Shown: positions 48,805-56,900 of the stretch, in pieces
Layout of the letters: each line of letters opens with the position of its first letter
Position numbering within the stretch: the stretch's first letter is position 1
Source: Collinsella sp.
GTDB taxonomy: Bacteria > Actinomycetota > Coriobacteriia > Coriobacteriales > Coriobacteriaceae
Assembly (NCBI GenBank): GCA_018368055.1
Contig: JAGZFB010000001.1
Span: 22,426-86,425, forward strand
Direction: 5' to 3'
DNA length: 64,000 nt
The notes under the pieces: generated by a model
Database searches by the model: none
Told to the model about the DNA's origin: nothing
The model's input: the letters and a program-made list of their open reading frames with translations, nothing else
Made by a program: the position numbers and the translations under genes

Positions 48805-50112
48805 CTACTGCGACTTGGGATGCTTCTTCTTATTGAGTGCCGACGGAGATACGCGAATACCATCGCCTGTCTGGCGCACATAGGCTTTATGAGCCGGCTT
48901 AGCGGTCCCAGAAGCCTTCTGAGCGCGCTTCTTGGGATCAACGGTAACAGCATTCGTGGGGTGCGGCATAGTGGGCGCAGAGGGCGTCTGAGGCGTGCGG
49001 CCGAGCTTGCGCATCACACGATCCCAGCGCGCATGGATGCTCTCGTTGTGGGCGCTCTTAAGTCCCAGCAGGGGCGCAGCCAAAATGGTCGGCGCAATAA
49101 ACGTAATGAGGCGCCACAGCAGATAGCCGGCGGTCGAAGCCGACCCAAAGAAATGACCCAAGAACAATGCAAAGCCGCCCTCAGCGCCACCAGTTCCACC
49201 GGGCAGGGGGACCGCAGAGCTCAGCAGCTGGACAAAGGCGCTCGCGGCCATGACCGAGAAAAAGTCGACCTCGTGGTGGCCAAAGGCAAGCATCAGGAAA
49301 TACGGCACGAGGTAGAAAAACGCGAGTTGCAGCATGGTGATGACCACCGTGAGCAGCATGGAAGAAAAATGTCCGGCCGAAAGCTTGAACTTCTCGGAGA
49401 AGGAGTAGATCTCGCCATCGACAAACGTGCGCCATCCCTCGATCTTAGTGGCCGAGACACCAATGCGCTCAAGCCAATTGATGATGCAATGGGCGACGCG
49501 CGTGACGGTCTTAGGCATGAGCGCGACGGCGAAGATGCCAAGCAAGATGCAGCAGTGTCCACCAAAGCTAAAGACGCACAGCAGCGTCATGTCGCCATAG
49601 CGCTCGGCAAAAAACGGCATGCGAGCAAGCAGTAGGATAGCGCCCCAGGCAACGAGGCCAAACTGGTACACGATAAAACGCGTGAATTGCGTGGCGCCGG
49701 CCTCGCCCACGTTTTGGCCGGCCTTGGTCAGGCGATAGATTTGAGCCGGGGTGGAGCCCATCATCATGGGCGTCAGGTTACCAAAGAAGATGCCACTCGC
49801 CTCGACCGAGATCAGGTCGCGGATGCCGACGGGCGAATTGGGATCGAGCCAGACGGCGATCGCATAGGCCACAATGCCAAAGAACAGGTACATGAACATG
49901 CAAAGACACGCGACAACGAGCCATGACGCCTGGACGCTCGACATAGCGGCCCAGAACTGCCCCATCTGCCCGGTTACCACCAGATAGACGATATAACCTA
50001 CCAGCACAACGCCGATAAAGATGGCGCCGCGGCGTGCGCTCTTATTGTCATCTCCGCCCGAGGCCTCAACCTCGACCTGGGGCTTAGACGTATGCTGAGA
50101 GGACTCCGTCAT
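48805..50112 (-). CDS. lysylphosphatidylglycerol-synthase-like transmembrane (flippase-like, UPF0104) domain protein
   Basis: About 8 TM helices with a Gly-rich PLPGGTGGAEGGFALF motif characteristic of the MprF-flippase-like/TIGR00374 family. Basic C-terminal tail. Confidence 0.7.
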   Translation of the reverse strand: MTESSQHTSKPQVEVEASGGDDNKSARRGAIFIGVVLVGYIVYLVVTGQMGQFWAAMSSVQASWLVVACLCMFMYLFFGIVAYAIAVWLDPNSPVGIRDLISVEASGIFFGNLTPMMMGSTPAQIYRLTKAGQNVGEAGATQFTRFIVYQFGLVAWGAILLLARMPFFAERYGDMTLLCVFSFGGHCCILLGIFAVALMPKTVTRVAHCIINWLERIGVSATKIEGWRTFVDGEIYSFSEKFKLSAGHFSSMLLTVVITMLQLAFFYLVPYFLMLAFGHHEVDFFSVMAASAFVQLLSSAVPLPGGTGGAEGGFALFLGHFFGSASTAGYLLWRLITFIAPTILAAPLLGLKSAHNESIHARWDRVMRKLGRTPQTPSAPTMPHPTNAVTVDPKKRAQKASGTAKPAHKAYVRQTGDGIRVSPSALNKKKHPKSQ

Positions 50113-50220
50113 GAGACTCCTTCTAACAGTCAAAATATCTTGGATATTGTACCCGTAAGGGCCATAGGCAGAACGCAAAGCTCTGGTTCAAACGGGAATT
50201 GCAGACGGTTGTTTGAAAAT

Positions 50221-50256
50221 AAAAAAACCCGGCCTTCCATAGGAAGTCCGGGTATC
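50221..50256 (-). terminator. rho-independent terminator downstream of the tRNA-Glu pair (minus strand)
   Basis: Minus strand reads cccggacttcctatggaaggccggg + ttttttt. Confidence 0.75.
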
Positions 50257-50263
50257 AGATGCG

Positions 50264-50340
50264 TGGTAGCCCGTACCAGATTCGAACTGGTGATCTCCGC
50301 CTTGAGAGGGCGGCGTCCTAAACCGCTAGACGAACGGGCC
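50264..50340 (-). tRNA. tRNA-Glu (anticodon CUC), copy 1
   Basis: Reverse complement folds as a cloverleaf: acceptor GGCCCGU/ACGGGCU, anticodon stem CCGCC/GGCGG, loop CUCUCAA, T-arm ACCAGUUCGAAUCUGGU, encoded CCA. Confidence 0.9.
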
Positions 50341-50362
50341 ATAAGCCTCAGCAGAAAAGAAG

Positions 50363-50439
50363 TGGTAGCCCGTACCAGATTCGAACTGGTGATCTCCGCC
50401 TTGAGAGGGCGGCGTCCTAAACCGCTAGACGAACGGGCC
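50363..50439 (-). tRNA. tRNA-Glu (anticodon CUC), copy 2 (identical tandem duplicate)
   Basis: Sequence identical to copy 1, separated by a 22-nt spacer. Confidence 0.9.
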
Positions 50440-50566
50440 ACATGACATCTGCACTGCCGTGCTGCGAGGAAATATATTACGGGACAAAAAACGTCAGCGC
50501 AAGAAGAAATTCCAAATTGCCGAAAAATTGTCGGCAGGTTATGGAATACGCAGGTAAACTTGGTAG

Positions 50567-51961
50567 CTAATTCAAGTTGAGATGAACCAAAAGAGCTTCG
50601 CGCTCGTTGGGAATATCGTCTTCGATCACGGCGTCGAGGGCGGAGTTGAGAAGCTGCCCCAGTTCCGGCCCGGGCTTGACTCCAGCACGGATCAAGTCGC
50701 CGCCGTTGATGGCGAGCATCTTGAGCGTATAGGGCTCCCCCGCCCTCAGCAGCTCGTGCGCCATCGCGCGCATCTCCTCAATCGTCTCAACGTAATAGAA
50801 GCACGACGGGGCCTTGCCAAGTGTGTCGGCACGCTTAAGGTCCATGAGCTCGTCAATCAGGCGGGCCGTGTCGACGCCCTCACCCGAAAGCGCGCGCATC
50901 ATATTGAGCAGACAGGAGCGCTCGGGGCGCAGCGGCTTGTCATGGTATTTGATGAGCAGGCACACGTCGCGCACCAAGTCGTGCGAGAGCGCCAGGCGAT
51001 CCATAATGACGCGCGCCTTCTTGGCGCCGAGCTCGGGATGACCGTAGAAGTGTCCGCTACCGGCATGGTCGACCGTGAAGCACTCGGGCTTGGACACATC
51101 GTGCAAAAACGCCGCCCACATAAGGCTCGACGAGGGCGCGACGCCGTCACACAGCGCGAGCTCCCCCGCCACCGTCAGCACACGGGCGATATGCACGTAG
51201 ACGTTAAACGCATGATAGACACTGCGCTGATCAAACCCGCGACCCGCTGCCAACTCGGGCACAGCGGCACAGATGAGCTCGGGATAGCGAAGCATCGCGT
51301 CTCCCCCATGACCGGTCGAAAGAATGCCCTCGAGCTCAATACCCACACGCTCACGCGCCACGGCATCGAGCAGCGGCGCGCACTCGGCAAGCGCACGCTT
51401 GGTCTCGGGCTCAATCATAAAGTCCAGACGGCAGGCAAAGCGCACCGCACGCAGCATGCGCAGGGCGTCCTCGTTAAAGCGACGCTTGGGATCGCCGACA
51501 GCGCGAATCAGCTTGCGCTCCAAGTCACCCTGGCCGTCGTAGCGGTCGACAAGCCCGCGCTCGGGATGCCAGGCCATGGCATTGACGGTAAAGTCGCGGC
51601 GCGCCAGATCGTCCTCGAGCGAGGCGGCACGCTCCACACTCTGGGGATGACGACCATCGGTGTAAAAGCCATCCAGACGGTACGTGGTGACCTCGATACG
51701 CTCGCCATCGGAAATAGCCGTGATTCCGCCAAATTTAATGCCCGACTCCACAACCGCGATGCCGGCGGCCTCGAGCGCCGCTTTGGACTCCTGCCACAGG
51801 CCGCTACAGCACATATCAACATCGTGGCTGGGGTACCCCATCAGGGCGTCGCGCACCCAACCGCCCACGTACCAAGCCTCAAGACCAGCCGCCTCAAGCG
51901 CGCGCAGGACGCGCAGGGACGCATCGGACGGTTGAGTACCGTTGAGCGAAACATTGCACAT
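50567..51961 (-). CDS. cca: CCA tRNA nucleotidyltransferase with HD domain
   Basis: PolyA-polymerase head domain (GGWVRDALMG..DVD) and C-terminal HD domain (HDVSKP). Confidence 0.85.
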   Translation of the reverse strand: MCNVSLNGTQPSDASLRVLRALEAAGLEAWYVGGWVRDALMGYPSHDVDMCCSGLWQESKAALEAAGIAVVESGIKFGGITAISDGERIEVTTYRLDGFYTDGRHPQSVERAASLEDDLARRDFTVNAMAWHPERGLVDRYDGQGDLERKLIRAVGDPKRRFNEDALRMLRAVRFACRLDFMIEPETKRALAECAPLLDAVARERVGIELEGILSTGHGGDAMLRYPELICAAVPELAAGRGFDQRSVYHAFNVYVHIARVLTVAGELALCDGVAPSSSLMWAAFLHDVSKPECFTVDHAGSGHFYGHPELGAKKARVIMDRLALSHDLVRDVCLLIKYHDKPLRPERSCLLNMMRALSGEGVDTARLIDELMDLKRADTLGKAPSCFYYVETIEEMRAMAHELLRAGEPYTLKMLAINGGDLIRAGVKPGPELGQLLNSALDAVIEDDIPNEREALLVHLNLN

Positions 51962-52065
51962 GCCTATGGCCTCCTGCGACTATCAAATTGGCTATCGATT
52001 GCGTCTGCAAGAAGTCTAGCAAGAAACAGCCTCCACTGCACACGCAAGTCCGATAAACAAAAACG

Positions 52066-52092
52066 CATCCGTCCTAGTCTAAGACGGATGCG
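52066..52092 (-). terminator. rho-independent terminator of the fructose operon (minus strand)
   Basis: gcatccgtc-ttagactag-gacggatgc followed on the minus strand by gtttttgttt. Confidence 0.7.
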
Positions 52093-52125
52093 AAATAATC
52101 AAACTATTCAGACAAGGTGCCGGAA

Positions 52126-53058
52126 CTAGCAGACCTGGCGAACCTCGATGTGCTTCTTATATTCGTCCACCTTGGCAAAATCACCCAGACCGGGGCACTC
52201 GACCACGTTGGCGCCAGTGGCCATCGAAAGGCGCAGGGCGTCCTCGACGCGCTCGGGGGCGTCGTGCCACACGGACAGGAAGGCAGCGAGCGAGGAATCG
52301 CCGGCGCACACAGTCGACAGCAGCTTGACGTCGAAGGTGCGGTTGGCAAACCAGATATGCTCGCCGTTGGAGAAGTACGCACCGGCGCCACCAAGGGTCA
52401 GCAGCACGTTCTTGGCGCCCTTGGCGTGCAGCTCGGCCATAGCGCCCTTGACGGACTCGTCGTCGCCACCGCTCACCTTGATGCCAAAGATGTCAAGCAG
52501 CTCGTCGTCATTGGGCTTGATCAGCAGTGGCTCCAGAGCAATGAGGTCTGCCAGCTGATGGCTCGAGATGTCGAGGACGAACTCGGCCCCCTTGGCCTTG
52601 ACACGGCGCAGGACCTCGGCCAAGAAGCCCTCGGAAGTGTTGGGAGGCAGCGAGCCGCTGATGACCAGGCAGGTCATGTCATCGAGCGAATCGATAAGTT
52701 CAAACATCTCCTGCTCGTTGGCCTCATTGATGGCGGCACCGGCATTGACCATGTTGTACTCGGTGTCGGGACCGGCGTTGAGGAACACATTGACGCGCGT
52801 AATACCGTCGGTCCACACGGGCTTGACGGGCACGCCCAGGGCCTCGGCGCCCTTAACGATAAACTCACCCGAGAAGCCGGCGAAGAAACCCAGGATCGTG
52901 GTGTCGACACCATAGTGGTCAAGCGTAAACGAGACGTTGAGGCCCTTGCCGTTGGGCGTGTAGACGGCATTGCGGGTACGCGTGACGGTATTGGCAGTAA
53001 GGCCGTCGCAGGCGATGTTGTAGTCAATGGCGGGATTTGCAGTGAGCGTGTAAATCAT
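52126..53058 (-). CDS. fruK: 1-phosphofructokinase / tagatose-6-phosphate kinase (PfkB family), paralog 1
   Basis: MIYTLTANPAIDY N-terminus, C-terminal ...GAGD... anion hole (VCAGDSSLAAF); ribokinase-like fold. Confidence 0.85.
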   Translation of the reverse strand: MIYTLTANPAIDYNIACDGLTANTVTRTRNAVYTPNGKGLNVSFTLDHYGVDTTILGFFAGFSGEFIVKGAEALGVPVKPVWTDGITRVNVFLNAGPDTEYNMVNAGAAINEANEQEMFELIDSLDDMTCLVISGSLPPNTSEGFLAEVLRRVKAKGAEFVLDISSHQLADLIALEPLLIKPNDDELLDIFGIKVSGGDDESVKGAMAELHAKGAKNVLLTLGGAGAYFSNGEHIWFANRTFDVKLLSTVCAGDSSLAAFLSVWHDAPERVEDALRLSMATGANVVECPGLGDFAKVDEYKKHIEVRQVC

Positions 53059-53188
53059 GAATGTTCCTTTCACGAAGCAACGTGTTAATGAAAGTATATT
53101 CCACGCATCGGTAAAAGGCTAGGACAACTCGGCGAACGGTGTGGAAGCGATGAAGTACGGCGGGACACCTCTCCCCCGCGGCGGAACA

Positions 53189-53225
53189 AAAAGGCGCCCC
53201 AGCCGAAACCGGGGCGCCGCATGCG
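53189..53225 (-). terminator. hairpin + T-run between the two fruK paralogs (minus strand)
   Basis: Minus strand: ggcgccccggtttcggctggggcgcc + tttttgttcc. Confidence 0.6.
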
Positions 53226-53246
53226 CACGAATTTGTCGCGTTTCGC

Positions 53247-54179
53247 TTACTTGCGATCGAGCTTGCGGACAGCAACGCGCTTGCTGTACTCGTCAACGTG
53301 ACCAAAGTCGCCAATGCCCACGGACTCGGCAACGTTGGCGCCGGTAGCCATAGCGAGCTTCATGGCCTCCTCGACGTTGTCGCGATCCCTGTACCACTTG
53401 TGCAGGAACGCAGCGAGGGTGCAATCGCCAGCGCAGACGGAAGAGACCAGCTTGATGTTGAACTCACGCTTGGCGTACCAGATGTCCTCGCCGTTGGAGA
53501 AGTAGGCGTCGCCGCGGCTACCACGAGTGAGCAGCACGTTCTGGACACCGGCGTCGTGGGCGAGCTTCATGGCAACGCGGACCTCGTCGTCGGTGTCGAC
53601 CGGCACACCGAAGATGGCCTTCATCTCGTGATGGTTCGGCTTGATGAGCAGCGGCTTCTTGTGAGCGAGCTCCTTGAGCTTGTCGGAGGACAGGTCCAGG
53701 ACGACGTCGGCACCACGGGCCTGAGCGTGCTCCATGACCTGAGCCAGGAAGTCGGGCGTAGCTTTGGGAGGCACGGAGCCGGAGACGATCAGGCACTCAA
53801 GGTCGCCCGCGGTGTCCAGGATGTTGTAGAGCTCCTTCTGGTGCTCCGGCGTAATCGGGGCGCCGGGGTTAAGGATGCCGTACTCGTGCTGGCCATCGTT
53901 GACGTAGGTGTTGATGCGCGTGATGCCGTCGGTCCAGACCGGGCGGCACAGGCAACCCAGGTTCATGACCTCCTCGACGATGAACTTGCCCGTGAAGCCG
54001 GCGAAGAAGCCGAGCGCGACGGTGTCGACGCCCATCTTCTTAAAGGCAAAGGACACGTCGAGGCCCTTGCCGTTAGCCGTGTAGCTGGCCGAGCCGGTGC
54101 GGACATTCTCGTCGGGCTCGAGCGGAGAGCTCGAAACCGTCATGTCGACAGCCGGGTTAGCGGTTAGCGTGTAGAACAT
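53247..54179 (-). CDS. fruK: 1-phosphofructokinase (PfkB family), paralog 2
   Basis: MFYTLTANPAVDM N-terminus; VCAGDCTLAAF. Divergent over the rest, but clearly the same family as paralog 1. Confidence 0.85.
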   Translation of the reverse strand: MFYTLTANPAVDMTVSSSPLEPDENVRTGSASYTANGKGLDVSFAFKKMGVDTVALGFFAGFTGKFIVEEVMNLGCLCRPVWTDGITRINTYVNDGQHEYGILNPGAPITPEHQKELYNILDTAGDLECLIVSGSVPPKATPDFLAQVMEHAQARGADVVLDLSSDKLKELAHKKPLLIKPNHHEMKAIFGVPVDTDDEVRVAMKLAHDAGVQNVLLTRGSRGDAYFSNGEDIWYAKREFNIKLVSSVCAGDCTLAAFLHKWYRDRDNVEEAMKLAMATGANVAESVGIGDFGHVDEYSKRVAVRKLDRK

Positions 54180-54253
54180 TTACAGTACCCCCTGTATATG
54201 TGAGGGCCGCGTGGCCGGCCCATTCCAACCACGCGGTTACCTCTGATACCAAA

Positions 54254-55957
54254 TTAGCGAGCTGCGGACTCGAGCAGCGCCTTGACCTCGGCGGCGGTGT
54301 TGCAGGCGAGTGCCTTCTCGGCGAGCTCGTCGCACTCGGCCTTGGTCCACTGGCTGATGGTCTTGCGGGCGCGCAGGATCGACGGAGCGCTCATCGAGAA
54401 CTCCTCCAGGCCCCAGCTGATCAGCAGCGGCTCAAGCAGCGGATCGGCAGCGGCCTCGCCGCACATGCCGACCATGATGCCGGCCTTCACGCCGCTCTCG
54501 ATGATGTTCTTGAGCGAGCGGAGAACGGCGGGATAGTACACCTGGTACAGGTTGGAGATGGTGTCGTTGCCACGGTCGGCGCACATGGTGTAGCCGATCA
54601 GGTCGTTGGTGCCGATGGAGAAGAAGTCGGCGACCTCGGCCAGACGGTCAGCGAGCAGCGAAGCGGCAGGCGTCTCGACCATGATGCCGACCTCGATGTT
54701 CTCGTTGAACTTACGACCCTCTTCGGTCAGCTCGGCCTTGCACTGCTCGACGAGCTCCTTGACGGCCACGACCTCCTCGACGCAGGTGACGAGCGGGATC
54801 ATGATCTTGACGTCACCAAAGGCGCTGGCGCGCAGCAGAGCGCGGAGCTGGACCTTGTACTGGTCGGGGTTGGCCAGGCAGTAACGCACGGCGCGGAAGC
54901 CCATGAAGGGGTTGTCTTCCTTGACCATGTGCAGGTACGGGATCTCCTTGTCGCCGCCCACATCGAGCGTGCGGATGATGACCGGAGCACCCTTGAGCGC
55001 GCTGGCGACCTTGCGGTAGGCGTTAAACTGCTCCTCCTCGGAAGGAAGCTCAGCGGAGTCCATGAACAGGAACTCGGAGCGGAACAGACCGATGGCCTCG
55101 GCGTCGTGATCGAGCGCGTTGGGCACGTCATCGGGGTTACCGATGTTGCAGGCGATGATCTTCTTGATGCCGTCGGCAGTCACAGAAGGCTTGCCGCGGA
55201 AGGCCTCGAGAGCCGCCTTCTCGGCAGCGAAAGCCTCGGCCTTGGCGGTGTAGGCGGCGAGGGTCTCCTCGTCGGGATCGGCCTCGACGACACCCTTGCC
55301 ACCGTCGACGACAACGGTCATGCCGTTGCGCAGTGCGGTGCAGCTGTTGGCAACCGAAAGGACAGCCGGGATCTCAAGGGCGCGCGCGATGATTGCGGAG
55401 TGCGACGTGCGGCCACCGGTCTCGGTGACGATACCGGCAACGTGGGGCTTATCGATCGTAGCGGTCATGGACGGCGTAAGGTCGTGCACGACAACGACGG
55501 TGTTCTCGGGCAGGACGGAGAGGTCGACGACCTCCTTGCCCAGCAGCTCGGCCAGAATACCGGTGCGGATGTCGGCGATGTCGGCCGCGCGCAGACGGAA
55601 CATCTCGTCGTCCATGGACAGGAACATGTTCTCGAACATGGTCGAGGTGTCCATGAGCGCCTGCTCGGCGCAGGTGCCGCCGTCAATAGCGGCGTTAATG
55701 GCGTCGGTCATGCCCGGATCCTGAGCCAGGACAATGTGCCCGCTCATGATCTCGGCCTCGGCCTCGCCCACCGTCTCCTTCATGTGGTCGGCCTGAGCCT
55801 GGGTCTTCTCGCAGAAGACCGAAAGAGCAGCCTGATAACGCTCCTTCTCTGCGGCCGAATCAGCAACCGCGTGCGGTTCAAACGTCAAGTCGGGATCGAC
55901 GGCGACCATGACGGTGCCGATACCGATGCCCTCGGATGCGTTGACTCCCTGATACAT
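54254..55957 (-). CDS. ptsI: phosphoenolpyruvate--protein phosphotransferase (PTS enzyme I)
   Basis: GGRTSHSAIIARALEIPAV phospho-His region and PEP-utilising C-terminal domain. Start at MYQGVNASEG. Confidence 0.9.
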   Translation of the reverse strand: MYQGVNASEGIGIGTVMVAVDPDLTFEPHAVADSAAEKERYQAALSVFCEKTQAQADHMKETVGEAEAEIMSGHIVLAQDPGMTDAINAAIDGGTCAEQALMDTSTMFENMFLSMDDEMFRLRAADIADIRTGILAELLGKEVVDLSVLPENTVVVVHDLTPSMTATIDKPHVAGIVTETGGRTSHSAIIARALEIPAVLSVANSCTALRNGMTVVVDGGKGVVEADPDEETLAAYTAKAEAFAAEKAALEAFRGKPSVTADGIKKIIACNIGNPDDVPNALDHDAEAIGLFRSEFLFMDSAELPSEEEQFNAYRKVASALKGAPVIIRTLDVGGDKEIPYLHMVKEDNPFMGFRAVRYCLANPDQYKVQLRALLRASAFGDVKIMIPLVTCVEEVVAVKELVEQCKAELTEEGRKFNENIEVGIMVETPAASLLADRLAEVADFFSIGTNDLIGYTMCADRGNDTISNLYQVYYPAVLRSLKNIIESGVKAGIMVGMCGEAAADPLLEPLLISWGLEEFSMSAPSILRARKTISQWTKAECDELAEKALACNTAAEVKALLESAAR

Positions 55958-56089
55958 TCCCAATCCTCTCTCCGTGTCATGTGATAAAGCGTTTTGCCAT
56001 ATCCATGACAAAAGAGCGCAGCTACCTTGAACAGGTCACTGCGCCCCTAAGTATGAACTTAATTGTTCAACATGCGACCCGTTTGAGTT

Positions 56090-56353
56090 CTACTCGCCAA
56101 GACCGCTCTTGATGAGCTCAATGGCAGCAGCCAGAGCCTCGGCCTCGTCAGCGCCGTCGCACTTGACCTCGACCTCGGTACCGCAAGGGATACCAGCAGC
56201 CATGAGGGCCATCGGGGACTTGCCGTTGACCTCCTTCTCGGGGGTGACGACCGTCACGTCGCAGGCGTACTTGCCCATGGTGGAGGCGAAGAGGCCGGCC
56301 GGACGCATGTGAAGACCCTGCGGATTGACGAGGGTAGCCTTCTCAGAAACCAT
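56090..56353 (-). CDS. ptsH: phosphocarrier protein HPr
   Basis: 87 aa with LVNPQGLHMRPAG (His15 region). Confidence 0.9.
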   Translation of the reverse strand: MVSEKATLVNPQGLHMRPAGLFASTMGKYACDVTVVTPEKEVNGKSPMALMAAGIPCGTEVEVKCDGADEAEALAAAIELIKSGLGE

Positions 56354-56491
56354 AATTGACTCCTTTTTTGTGTTTAACCCCTGTCATGCATGCGGCAGGA
56401 GTCAGATTCACGACGTTGTTTATATTAACTCACATCAAACGGTTTTTCATTATGTTTCGCACGAATTGTTGGACAGATGTGTTTGTCGTCG

Positions 56492-56643
56492 GCTTGCTCG
56501 CCCATAGGGGGCCGGGCGCGGCCTGTGAGATTTCCTGCTCTACAGTCCTGCTCGCACGAAGAGCACATTAAGTGCTCTTCGGCTCGTGCGGAACTCGCGA
56601 TAAATCTCACAGGCCGCGCCCGGCCCCCTATGGGCGAGCAAGC
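56492..56643 (-). ncRNA. structured palindromic element, copy B: 40-bp perfect outer inverted repeat enclosing the same approx. 70-nt conserved core as 18843-18911, in reverse orientation
   Basis: Outer arms gcttgctcgcccatagggggccgggcgcggcctgtgagat / exact reverse complement. The core on the minus strand reads ttatcgcgagttccgcacgagcc-[gaagagcac ttaat gtgctcttc]-gtgcgagcaggactgt. It lies between fruA and ptsH inside a minus-strand operon. Confidence 0.55.
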
Positions 56644-56748
56644 TGCGGAAACTCGGTCGGTCCAGAGCAATATCGTGCGAACGAAATTCTGGCTGATTTT
56701 TTGTTCGGCTGGTTGATCTAGTTGATGAGGTCTATCTATGCCCTTTTT

Positions 56749-56817
56749 AAGTTGCGGTGAAATAGGGACTGAATTTGGGGTTGAATCGTTTAAACAGTCC
56801 CTATTTCACCGCAACTT
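56749..56817. repeat. small palindromic element of the AAGTTGCGGTGAAATAGGGACTG family (copy 2, perfect 23-bp terminal inverted repeats, 23-nt loop)
   Basis: aagttgcggtgaaatagggactg ... cagtccctatttcaccgcaactt. Related to 26010-26078. Confidence 0.75.
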
Positions 56818-56900
56818 ATATCGGGAATGAAAAAGGCGGAGGCCCTGGAGAGGGTCTCCGCCTTTGTTGCAAGGGGCGATATTATTCGCTAGCTGCTGGA

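Noticed and set aside
56425-56716. Two small mirror-image ORFs (56425-56670 minus, 56477-56716 plus) sharing the peptide CSPIGGRARPVRF
   Set aside because: They are a translation artefact of the 152-bp palindrome, which reads the same on both strands.
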